A DNA stretch of 64,000 nt from Camelus dromedarius (Eukaryota): positions 112,532,001 through 112,596,000 of the forward strand of contig NC_087436.1 of assembly GCF_036321535.1 (NCBI RefSeq), in the 5' to 3' direction. The translations under genes and the position numbers were made by a program. This document shows positions 24,991 through 36,144 of this stretch, piece after piece. Numbering within the stretch: the stretch's first letter is position 1; each line of letters opens with the position of its first letter. The notes under the pieces were generated by a model. It saw nothing but the letters and a program-made list of their open reading frames with translations. It was not told the DNA's origin and did not search any database.

Positions 24991-26269
24991 ACCTGCCTGC
25001 CTAAAGGAGCGTGGTCGTATCCTACCTGAATAACCACACCCCCTCCCCCCACCTTCCCATCTTCCTCCTACCCAGTGCTGGTCCTGCAGACTTCCAGAGA
25101 GGGGCTTTGCGAAATAGCTGGCCTGCTTTGTTTCCTTCTCATGTACTCTCTCTGGAAATGATCTGAAGACTGAGCAGAGCGCTGATTCCTAGTAGAACCC
25201 GGGAAAGGTTAAGCACTTCAGAGCCCGAGGACAGGGACAGCGGCCATGCCTGGCAGGGACTGCCCTTTGGAAACAGTGCCCAGGGTCCTGGTGGGTCTGT
25301 AGGGGAGATGGAGCTGGAAGCTTGGGGTTTGATGAGTTTGGCACTGGGCTCCATAGAAGATCTGGGCAGCCCATGATTTCATAAAGGGAGGATCCAGGGT
25401 CATTCCGCTGGCAGGTCAGAGCAGAAGCAGTTGGAGTGGGATGGGGCTTAGAGGATGAGCCCATATCCAAGGGTACCCGATATGAATGAGCATCTTCATT
25501 CAAACAGCTCGTGTAGTACTACCTCTTGTCCGGAGCTTTCTTTGACACCACCTATTTCTGTGATATAGGTGGTGGGCCCTCATACAGTGTGTCACTTTCT
25601 TGGTGGTCCCTCTCCCCCATCTCACAGTATGTGTTTCAGGAGCACCCTGTCCTTATTCTGAAAGTTATTGAGTGTGTATCTAACATGAAAAATAAAATCA
25701 GGGTGTTTTCTGACCCCAAAGAAGTAAGGACAAGCAGAGCATCCCGGCTGCTCTGGGAGGTTCTGTTTTGATTCAGCCTGTGTTCAGTTCTGGGGATAGA
25801 AATTCGAGGAGGACAGGGTCAACGTTGCTCTCACTGGACACTGGGCTGGTAGCACTTCTAGATTCCTGATCCTTCTCCCTTTTCCCGGGGGTGGGTGGGA
25901 GCCTCCCTCTGCTCTGCCTCTCATCGCCTGGACCCCGAGTTGTCCAGGTGGTGACTTGGGGCAGGGATTTCCATCAGGGCTACCTGATGAGTGTGTTAGG
26001 AAGGCAGAGTCCAGTGTCACCCGGCCTTGAAGAGTGTGGTCCCTGCCGGGCAGGCCACGCTCGTCTAGTTTGGGTTGAGGGTGAGTGGAAACAGGGATGT
26101 TTGAGATGAGATCTGTGAGCACATAGCAGAATAAAAAGCGTATCTCCAGAGACGGGAGAACAACCCCAAACTGGAGGAAATAAACAAGCATTATCGTCTA
26201 TTGCTGGGGGCCTTCGCTTCTCTGACTGGGAGGGAGGGCTCTGCAGGGACAGTGTCTTGGAGCTGTGGT

Positions 26270-26460
26270 TAGAGTTCATAGTTAAAGCAAATGACTGGGT
26301 TTGAATTCTGTCCCACCGTGAATCAGCCGTGGCCCCAGGCAAGTCGCTGACATGCTATCTGGGTCATCTGTAAAGCGGGATAACGCCTTAACCGAGGGCC
26401 TGCCTGCAAAGCATGTAGAACATGTCTGGCATGTAGTAAGTGCTTAATAAATGGCAGCTT
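26270..26460 (+). mobile_element. MIR SINE just upstream of the first coding exon
   Basis: gactgggtttgaattctg...ggcaagtcgct...catctgtaaagcggggataa...tctggcatgtagtaagtgcttaataaatggcagct. Confidence 0.8.
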
Positions 26461-26684
26461 CTAAGACTGCACATGCACTTCACTACCTGGTGTTTCTGGG
26501 TCTGGTCCCTGGAACCTTCTAGCTTTCCTGCCCTTGCGCTCTGAAGCAGGCTCTGTGTTTGCATCCCCGACAGCGGATTAGGCTGAGGGCTTGCTCTAAA
26601 GCTTTGCAGCCTCTCCTCCAGGGAAGCTGCGCGTGCAGGCCGGCTGCGTGCATTAGTGACCGCTGCCCCTTCTCTCCCTGCCAG

Positions 26685-26898
26685 GGATGGTGCCTTGAGC
26701 GGCTGACCACCCTCCACTCCCCGGAGAACATTCTCTGCCGCCCATCACCGCATGCCAGCCCAGCCGGAAAACCGAGGGCTCAGCACACTCAGTCCTCACC
26801 ACGCCTCTTCTGCACAGCATCACAGTCCTCCAGGCTTCCAGAACCTCTGAGGCAAAAGGCCCCCAGTCCTACCTCATGTTTGGGGCATCTTGCTAGCT
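26685..26898 (+). other. PROM1: 5' UTR portion of the PROM1 first coding exon (common acceptor for alternative first exons)
   Basis: Acceptor ccccttctctccctgccag|GGATGGTGCCTTGAG. The start and the end (cctcatgtttggggcatcttgctagctATG) resemble the human PROM1 5' UTR as I recall it. Confidence 0.85.
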
Positions 26899-27118
26899 AT
26901 GGCCCCAGTCCTCGGCTTCTTCCTGCTGCTGGGGCTGTGTGGGGACACCGTTTCAGAGGGGTCGCCACCATCCACCAACAGTTTTGATTGTTTGGAATTT
27001 GAATTTCCTCCAACAAACTATGAGACCGAAGATTCTTATGAAGCTGGACCCACTGGCATCCTCTTTCAGATGGTGCACATCTTTCTCCACACCGTGCAGC
27101 CCCATGCTTTCCCTGAAG
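26899..27118 (+). CDS. PROM1: Prominin-1 (CD133) first coding exon, coding part: signal peptide plus start of extracellular domain 1
   Basis: Translates MAPVLGFFLLLGLCGDTVSEG...PTNYETEDSYEAGPTGILFQMVHIFLHTVQPHAFPE, closely resembling human PROM1 (MALVLGSLLLLGLCG...[36 protein letters not shown]). Good Kozak context gctATGg. 220 coding nt end at the canonical donor AAG|GTAAGT (phase 1), the same boundary as human c.220. Confidence 0.97.
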
Positions 27119-28099
27119 GTAAGTGCCGGTTGCGGGAAAAGGTAGGGTTGGTCCCTAGACACGCTCAGGTGCACACACACGATATTGTTTGTTAATGACA
27201 ACACCATCCGTGTAGAATATATTCAGTATTTTTAAGTGTGAGATTAAAAACGATTGAATTGCACAGGAGCCGAAAGTATTGAGACAGAAATTAAGAAAAC
27301 CAGGTTAAATAGGTTGTCGGGAGTGTGAACATAAGAAATGAAATCAAACTGCATTGCTGCGCTGTTTTTCCAGTTCTTTATCCTCCATCTCCTCCCTTTT
27401 ATTTTTTTTTTCATCTGATTAGTGCATTGAATTATTCTCAAGTACGTACCAAAGGTAAAAATTAGGATAAAGATGCAACTTCTCTGTCATCAAATGAGAA
27501 GTTAATAATGACCTTTCATGACCATTTAAAATTACAAATGTAACTCCCCCACCCACCACAAAATGCAGTTTTGACATTGCTCAGGGCAAGGCCAGGCTGG
27601 ACGGAGCCTGTTACCTGGGTAACTGTTTGCTTCAGTTCTAAGAGTCTGAGTGAGGGTGGGAGGGCGTGTTCACAGCACGCCCTCCCACCCTGTACCGTCC
27701 TACTGTTTGGCCTTACCACCGCTCCTCCTCTGTACTCCTGAGTCTTGGGGCTCTGTGTTTTCAAGTGTGGGGTGATGAGAATGTAAATGGTGTGTGGCAA
27801 GTGCCTGCTATTAGGGTTTGGCAGTCTAAATTTTTATTGATTTAATCTAGCTTAAGCTTGTTCTTTAAACTATGAAGATTTGAAGATGAGCATGATTACT
27901 AAAAATTATAAAATTTGTAGTAATGTTATCATCTTCTTTAGCTGGTCAGCTGTTGTTCACAAGAAGATTATTTGTGTGTGTGAGAGAGAGAGAAAGAGAG
28001 AGGGGGAAGAGAGAAAGCGAGAATATATTTTGTGAACTTCAGCTCTTTCTATTACAGGCAGTTCATAGATTTTCGTTCATGTACATTTTTAAATGTTCC

Positions 28100-28205
28100 T
28101 TTGTTTTATTTTTTTAGATTCCACTTATATGTGATATCATAAAGTGTTTGTCTTTGTCTGACTTACTTCACTAAGCATAATACCCTCCAGGTCCATCCAT
28201 GTTGC
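28100..28205 (-). mobile_element. Short L1 3' fragment
   Basis: tttagattccacttatatgtgatatcata...ttgtctttgtctgacttacttcactaagcataataccctccaggtccatccatgttgca. Confidence 0.85.
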
Positions 28206-31200
28206 ATCATTAATATACATTTATGTTGAAACTTCCTTTATATTTGTCTCAGATTAAGCAGTTGAAACAGTTTGAAGTGTAGTTCTCCATTTTTAGTTTA
28301 AATTTCAGTTGAGTGAAATAAATCACTCTGAGCCCTGCTGTCATAGGAGAGTGCTTGCTGTTTATGTCACTGCTTGAGCGACTAAATTTGGAAATCCTAA
28401 GGGCAGAAGCAGAAAATAAACTGAGTTTATTTATTAATGTTGAATACAAGTTCACTATTCTCAATAAATAGTTCTTCATTTGTTTTTAGACTTGATGTAA
28501 ATAAAATTAAATAAACAAGTATCTACTAGTGTTTTTAGTCTTGGCTTCTTTGTTGTTTTTTTCTTTTAATGTAAAAAGCATAGAATTCTGTTGTTTAATA
28601 TGAATTTACAATGACTTCTTTAAAAAGACTGTGATGAGCATCTTCCATGGGTCATTCTAAGACAGATCATGTAATTAGTTAATCCTGTAATCTGTTTCCA
28701 TATGTTGTTCTATTTTGCTCCTTCTAGACTTCTTGGGAAGACTTCCTCACACATATTTTACAAGGAAAAGCAGTGTTTTTAAAGGTCTTCATTCAAATGA
28801 TCAGGTTAAAAGACATCTTTCTGGTGCTTTCCGAGGTTTTCGACTCCAATGTCATTATTAGTTTAGAATTTGAATCCTAATGTAATCTGAGGCTGTTGGC
28901 CTTGCTTGTCCCTTGACCTTCATTAATACTTGTTACTTCAGAGAAAGAAACTCCCAGAAGTTTCAAAAGTAGACCAGAGCAGACCAGTACTCCCCCTTTC
29001 AAAATCACCGTTAGGTTGCTTAGAGAATATAATACTGAAGTTAGCAGGTGACGTCTTGGACTGTTGATTTTCTTCCATCAGCTCATTATTTCTATTCTTT
29101 CACCCAGTTACTGGATTTCATAATAGTCTTGAAGTGCCCATTAGGTGCTTTGCAACATAAAGAAAACATATGAGACAATCATAGTTTTTCCATTTGGGGC
29201 CGGTGCATTTCATGAGCATCAAAACAGAGGCAGATGTCATCATAATTGAAGATGCAAAAAAAAAAAAAAATAGAGCAAGAGGGAGAGAGATGGATTTCCG
29301 TTCATTAGGTTAACTAATGTAGTACACTAACCAAAACAGATGACTATGGACAAGTCTTCTGTGGAGTAACATCTTCACAGATGGTAATATCCCACAGGTC
29401 TATTGTTCCACGTGAGGGAGAAGTGTTTTGAATGCAGAGTCCCAGCACAGAGCAGAAGAGGAAGGGAGGAGGGCCCTGAAACCTGGACTCTGTCTTTTCA
29501 TGCCCTCGGACTGGGGAGTTTTCCACTTTCACATCCCATGTATGACCAAAATGGTGTACCAAATTGTGCATTTGGAACTCCCCAAAGAGAAGTTGTACCA
29601 TGTTATATCTTGGTAAATACAAAATGGAAAGGTCTAGTTTAGCTGGGGCTTGAGACAAAGGCTTATTCCTGGACAGAAGAAAAGACCAGGAAGACAGGTA
29701 ACTATACGCTGTGGCAGAATGTGCTCTAGAACCTGGTGTGGGTATTTCATAAATCCCTGCCCTGGACTGAAGTTGCCAGAGCGGAGTGGTGACCTGGGCT
29801 TGGCTCTCTAAGCAGAGAGTGATGGCTTACATTTGGGAGGAGTCTTCAGTCTATGCATTCAACCTAGAAAAGGTGTTGATGGCAGGATGAGTGAGGAGGG
29901 GCTGGGGGTGGGGGGTGAGGGTGGGGGTGGGGGCTGGGGATGGAGGGTGGGAGAGGGAGTTGGGGAAAGAGCATTCCAGGCAGAGAGAATGGCTTGTCCG
30001 GGGAGTGAAGGAGACATTGGTTCATCGTGGACCTATGGGGCGTGTATCTGTGGAATAAGTCCGCCAAGGTTGGGAAGCCAGAGCTGGAGTACCCGGACTG
30101 GTAGGCCAGGGGGTTCTGTAGGGGGACAGAAGCTAAGGCAGCAGGAGCAAAGGCTTCATTCACTCGAGAAGCATTATTGAAAGCCCTGCCTTCTGTGGTG
30201 CGCCTCGCTGGGTGCTGTGAGCCAGTGTGGATGTGAAGCTGGGTTTTGGGAAAAGAATCCGACAGCAGCTGGTAGGATAGGTCACAGGGAGGGTGGTAAT
30301 AATGAACTAACGTGGAATGAGGCGAAGGCGATGGGGGAACAGGGTCAGGATCCATTTTAGGTCCAAAAGGCTTGGTTTAAGTCCTAGCTCTTGCCTGTTA
30401 CCTGCAGGGTGCTCTTGGCCAAGTTAATTTTCAGAACCTCTGTTCTCATAGATGTAGTATGACTATAATCACAGCCCGCTCCGTAGCTTTTATCTGTGAG
30501 GCTGAAATGAGCTGATGTACGTGAAGCCTCTGTTTAAAACCATGTCTGCAAGGCACAGAGAAAAATCCTCAGTACATGTGGCTGCTATTAATATTGCCAT
30601 GTGAGGGGAAGAGTGGGTGAGATTTGATGCCCAGATTGGTGTCGGGAGGGATATGGAAAGAAACGGTGTCCCAGGGGGGCTCATCAAGCTGTCCCTGCTG
30701 CTGCTCCCTCAGGACCGTTCTATCTGGAGCTACGTTCCATTATTTTTGAGGTTACGTGGGCTGTATCTCCCCAGCAAGCCCCACGGTGGCAGGACTGGGT
30801 CTAGAAGCCAGGACTTGGATGCAATGCTAGTTCACTCAGTAGTCTCTACTCCTACAAAACTACTGGCATCTAACGGGCTCTGTTTTTCTCTGTTGGTTCT
30901 TCCCTGCTGTCCCCAGTATCTGCCGTAAGGCATCCTGTGCAAAGCGTTAGCTCATTTGACTCTCAGGTAGTTGATGGTGGTAGATGGTGGTCTAACTTCT
31001 GTTTATTACACCCCCCTTTACAGATTGGAAAACTAAGTCAGGATGAGATTCCACATTCAAAGTACACAACTAGCCAGTGGCAGATTGAGGACTCCCCAAC
31101 CCCCATCTCCAGGACTAGTTATTTCTCGTATATTCTGCAGCTTACTTTGTGGGTAATTTATTTCCCTTTTATTTTATCATAGTGCTTTTAAAATGAAGAA

Positions 31201-32289
31201 ATAAATACGAAAAATAGTAATTTTTACACCTTAAAAGCATGCAGTGCAGAAGATTATCTGGTGTGGATGGTAAGCAGTGTCTTTTCCAGTTTTGTGTGTC
31301 TGGGATGAAGTTAGTGTAAATCATGACCCAGATTAGAGCCTTTCTAATGGAGGAAGCAAAGAAAAAGGTCTCCTCTGCTTTTATTCTTAAAGAAGTTTTC
31401 TAAAGTCATTCTCCATTCTGTGTTGGTATATTTTAAAATTAGATTTTAGGATGGTTGACCTATTTCTATCAGTGTTTTGGGCTAATGTGGTTTGCTTCCT
31501 GGAGTTGGCGGGCGTGGGAGCGGAGCTGGTAAGTGGCAGACCTGCAGAAGAGGGAGGGATTAAGCGTGGTTTCTGCAGACTTTGAGATGCGTGAGGATGT
31601 GACATTCAGTGGGAGTCTCCCTGTTGAGGTAACAGAAGCCTATTAGCGAAGGGTGTTTATTATCAGGACTCTGGGTTACCTCGTGGGGGGAGGGGTCAGC
31701 CACCAGGGACTCCACCTCCTTCCCTCTTGGCTGCTGTCTGCCCGGTGGCCACTTCATTCCTCCTCCTCTCTCCCATCCCCCTCTCTGGGTTCCCCCCTCC
31801 TGCAGTCCTCATGGTGGAGAACCTGCCAAGTTCATAGGTTTCAGGCCGGCTTCCTGGAGAGTGGCTGGGCATTCTCTCTCTTTCAGTCCCAAGTCTCAAT
31901 TCTCATCCCACCTGGGCCAGTCACCAAGCACGGGCCCATCAAGTCGCCGTGGCCAGAGTGACACCTTGTGCGTGGGCCTGGCGCTGCGAGCTGTCGATGT
32001 CCCCCTTGCCTCACAGGCATGGAGGTGGTTTCCAGGAAAGAGGGGTTGGGTGGACAGCCTAATAGGTGTGTGTGTGTCAACGTCCACCTAGAATCAGGAG
32101 GTTATATTGTATCCAACACCTGCGTGTTCTTAATTCAGAGCCAGCACTGTCTTCTTTAGATCATGAGACTCATTGGCACCGGGCCTGGCTATAAATAGGG
32201 TCATGGAGCCATTGTCCTCCTTCCCAGGTGTCACTCACTGTGCCGCGCAGGGTACAGCTGTCATGTCTTTGCATCTTAACAATTATAAC

Positions 32290-32600
32290 AGCAAACTGCT
32301 ATTATGTGCCTGCTTTCAGGGGTTTGAACAACTCAGTGACTCTGTGAGCTGGGTACTATTATCCTTATTTTACAGAAGGGGAAGCAGAGGTCCAGAGAGC
32401 TAACGAGCTTGACCAGGGTCACACACTAGCCAGTGGGCAGGGTCGAAGTTTGAAGCCAGGCAAGCTGGGTTTGTTGTCCAGGCTCACAGTCGTCACTTGT
32501 ATTTTGTTGATAAGGAAAGAGAGACTCAGGGAGGTTGAGGGACTGTTGGCAAGGTCACACGCACTGATGGCTAAGGGACCAAGCCAGGGTTTGCCCCAGA
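32290..32600 (-). mobile_element. Two adjacent MIR fragments
   Basis: ttttacagaaggggaagcagaggtccagagag...cagggtcacacactag and gataaggaaagagagactcaggga...aaggtcacac. Confidence 0.75.
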
Positions 32601-33289
32601 GCCCTGTGCCGCCCAAGCCTGGGCTTGTCCCCTGTGCTGCGCTGCGTTGCCTCCGTGGAGGGGATCTGTTGTATATCAGATCAAATAAATGGCATATATG
32701 CCACCTATGAGTGTGGGTGGGTTTGAGGAGCGGGGACGTGTCTGGAGACAGTAACGGGCTCTCCTCTAGTCCATCCATCATGGTACAGCTTCTGCAGCTA
32801 AGATGAAAAACTAGACCTGTTGACTGTGTTCCCATAAGCTTGTCCATGAAGTCGTGCTGAGCCCTGTCCCGGCCTCCTCCCTGCGAGAAAGTGGTGCAGG
32901 CAGGCTGTTCCCTTCTGAGGAGTAAAAGTGGGCCAGTCCCCAGCAAGACACGAGAAGGAAAGCTTCCCTGTCCCCAGCGGTGACGTTCTCTTGGAGGCCT
33001 TCAAATACATCCAGGAAAAGACAGATTAGGTATGAATATAAAATGGCCCCCTTCCCCGGGCAGCTGCTGGATGAAGCCCACGTGGTGGGAGGCATCGCTG
33101 GTCCACTGAGTGGAAGGGAAGTTCTCGGATGTGCGCTTGGACATCCAGCTGTCGAGTGTGGTCTGGACGGGGCAGTGCTGGGGCAGGAGTGTGAGGGACG
33201 TTACCAGGACGGGTGGCCCTGGGCAGCCCTGCCACGTACCCTCTGCCTGGCTGGGGTCTAGATTCCAAAACGGGCCTGGCACTTGAGCG

Positions 33290-33525
33290 GTGGTGAGCAC
33301 TCTAGAGCCACTGCCTGAGTTTGACTCCTGGCTCCTGTGTTGACTAGCTCTGTGACCTTGGGCACGTTGCTTAAACTCTCTGTTCCAGAGTTTTCCCTCT
33401 GAAAAATGGAGATAATAATAATAATAGTACTTTTGGGATCATCGTAATATCTAAGTAAATAATATTTATGAAGCAATTAGGACATTGATATACACTAAGA
33501 GCTATGTGAATGTTTGTTAAATAAA
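33290..33525 (+). mobile_element. MIR SINE
   Basis: ctgcctgagtttgactcctggctc...actagctctgtgaccttgggcacgttgcttaaactctctg...ctgaaaaatggagataataataa. Confidence 0.88.
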
Positions 33526-33625
33526 ATATGAATGCATAAAATCTATATTCATTACAAACTTTTAAATTAATGTCACACCTCGGTGATCACATGGACAGAA
33601 GAACAAGTATTTATTTGACTTATAC

Positions 33626-34070
33626 TGTGTTGGCTTTTTAGGGCTGCTGTGACAAATAATCACAAACTGGGTGGCTTAAAACAACAGAAATTTATTCTCT
33701 TATAGTTCTGGGGGCCAGAAGTACAAAATCAATATATTGGCAGGGCTACTCTCCCTTGAAGGGTCTAGGGGACAGTCCTTCCTGGCTTTCTCCAGCTCCT
33801 GGTGCCTCCAGATGTCCTTCTCTTGTGGCTGCATCACTCCAGTCTCTGCCCCTCTCCACACGGCTGCCTTCTGTGTCTCTGGCTTGGATCTCCCTTTGCT
33901 TTCTCTTATAAGGACATCTGTCATTGGATTTAGGGCCCATCCTATATTTGGGATGATCTCACCTTGAGATCCTGAACCTAATCTGCAAAGACCCTTTTTC
34001 CAAATAAGCTTACATTCCTGGGGTCAGGACTTGCTGATTCTTTTTGGGGGCCAACATTCATCTCACCACA
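33626..34070 (-). mobile_element. MaLR solo LTR (MLT1B/C-like)
   Basis: agggctgctgtgacaaataatcacaaactgggtggcttaaaacaacagaaatttattctc...tataaggacatctgtcattggatttagggccca...caccaCA. Confidence 0.9.
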
Positions 34071-34224
34071 CCTATTACAGACTTCTTTAGTTCTCCCGGT
34101 AGCCCCAGCAGCTCAGAGATATTAAATGATCTGCCCAAGGTCATATTTCTGAAAAATAATGGAATGAGATTCAGACCTGGTTGTCTGATTCCAAGTTCTT
34201 GAATTTCAATGCTGTAAGTATAGT

Positions 34225-34650
34225 GAGCACCCACTGGGTGCCAGGCCTGGTGCTATTTGGCAGACAGACTGGGTTCCCCTGCTCTCAAAAGGCTGACATT
34301 GAGCACTGAGCCCTCCACCTCCACAGTCGGCTGTGATGCAGGCAAGCTGGTCCATGCTGACTGTCAGGTGTGAATAGTGGGCTCTCGGCTGTCCAGAGGA
34401 GAGACTAGCCATTGTGGGGCAATCAGAGAAGGCTTCCTGGAGGAAGTAACATTTGAACTGAGCTGTGCGGTTGTGGAAGAGTTCAGGAAGCAGAGGAGAG
34501 CATGGCAGGTACACAAGCAGAGGCCCGAGTGATGCATGTTGAGACAGGGGCTCGTGGAATATGTCTTGTAGAGCAGTGAGACCAGAGCCCTGCTTGTCTG
34601 GGAGGCTGTCAGGCCACAAGCCTGGGGAGTAGCTTGTGAGCAGATGGCAG
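34225..34650 (-). mobile_element. LINE-2 fragment
   Basis: tgagcacccactgggtgccaggcctggtgct...tcagagaaggcttcctggaggaagtaacatttgaactgag. Confidence 0.8.
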
Positions 34651-34834
34651 ATGGGCTCTGGAATGTCATGCCAACACGTGTGCTTGGGGCTCTGCGGACA
34701 GCGGGAAGTGGACATCACTCAGTAAACCTGTAACCCCAACCAAAGCAACAGGAAGGAGGCTGGGGGTGGGGTGTGTATTGTTCTCGAAGCCTGTTCCTGG
34801 AAATTCTCTTGTACACTTGGACATTTGTGGCATA

Positions 34835-34945
34835 GCTCGCTGCTACTCCAGGTGTGTCCTTTGGACCAACAGCATCTGCCTCATTTAGGAGTTTATTACA
34901 AATGCAGATTCTTGGGCCCTACCTAGTAAGTCAGAATTTTCTATT
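34835..34945. mobile_element. MER5A relic
   Basis: gctgctactccaggtgtgtcc...ggaccaacagcatc...acaaatgcagattcttgggccctacc...tcagaat. Confidence 0.75.
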
Positions 34946-35349
34946 TTTTATTGAAAAAAAAATTTTTAAACAATTTTATGCATATAGAAAAGTGCACCTA
35001 AACTTGCAGCTCGATGGCTTTTACTAAACTGCACACATCTGTGTAACTAGACCCCAGGTCAAGAAAAAGAAGCCCCCAGAAGAACCCTCTCGTTTCCCGG
35101 TCGCTGTCCCCAGCTTATCCCCAAGGAAACCCTCTCCTGATTTTCAGTGTATAGGTTAGCAATGCCTGGTAGGGGAGTATGTTCTCTTTGGTTTCTAGCT
35201 TCTTTTACTTCACATTTTATTTGTGAGATTCATCCACGTTGTTGCATGTAGTTGTAAATATTCACTGCTGTTGTTCTGTCACGTGAATATACCATAATTT
35301 ATTTATCCATCCTACTGGATTGGCATTTGAGAGGTTTCCAGTTGGGGCC

Positions 35350-35680
35350 TGTTTTAATCATAACAAAACACCACAGACTGGGTGGTTTAAACAGTCAACA
35401 TTTGTCTCTCCTAGTCTTGGAGGCTGGAAGTCCAAGATCTTAATGCCGGCGGATTTGATGTCTGGTGAGAATCCTTTTCTTGGTTTGCAGACGGCTTGCT
35501 CTCCTCACTTGGTGGAGAGAGAGGGTTCTGGTCCCTTCCTCTTGTTAGAAGGGCACTAACCCTACCATGAGCCCAGGCTCGTGACCTCACCTAAACCTAA
35601 TTACCTCCCAAAGGTCCTACCTCCAAATACCATCATATTGCAGGTTCGGGATTTGAAAAATGAATTGATTAGACACAGCA
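35350..35680 (-). mobile_element. MaLR solo LTR (MLT1A-like)
   Basis: cataacaaaacaccacagactgggtggtttaaaca...ggaggctggaagtccaagatc...ctaattacctcccaaaggtcctacctccaaataccatca. Confidence 0.88.
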
Positions 35681-36051
35681 ATGGATGTTTGAGTTCCCAG
35701 TTGTTTGCTGTTTCAAACACTGCTATGAAGACCACTCTTGAATATGTATCTTGCATACTTATAGTTGGGCAATACAACCAGTATGAGGAATCCCTGGAAA
35801 AGGAATTACCGTGGCATACGTACCATGGTATGTGCATTTAAAATTTTCATCGCTATTACCATTGTTCTCTAATTTATATACCACTTTGTATTCCCTGTAT
35901 TAGTGCATGAAAATGCTTGTTTCTCCACACTTTTTCCAACTGTGGTTATGAAGACTCTATCTGGCCGGTCTGACATGTTATAGAAAACATGCTTTATTTT
36001 GTGTACCTTTAATCATTGGTCAGTCCTATTCTTTTATCCATTTTTCTTTAC

Positions 36052-36144
36052 TTTTTTTTTTTTAAGATGGAGATCCTGGGGATTGAACCCAGGACCTCCT
36101 GCATGCTAAGCATGCGCTCAACCACTGAGCTATACCCTCCCCCA
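36052..36144 (-). mobile_element. Short, tail-less tRNA-Ala-derived SINE
   Basis: Minus strand reads GGGGGAGGGTATAGCTCAGTGGTTGAGCGCATGCTTAGCATGCAGGAGGTCCTGGGTTCAATCCCCAGGATCTCCA, then tctt and poly-A. Confidence 0.88.

Noticed and set aside
24498..25033. His/Thr-rich and Cys/Val-rich ORFs
   Set aside because: They are translations of the TG/CA low-complexity tract.
36068..36140. Functional tRNA-Ala(AGC) gene
   Set aside because: Mismatched acceptor and anticodon stems, extra 5' G-run, poly-A tail instead of a T-run terminator. It is a SINE or retrocopy, as are the other five copies.
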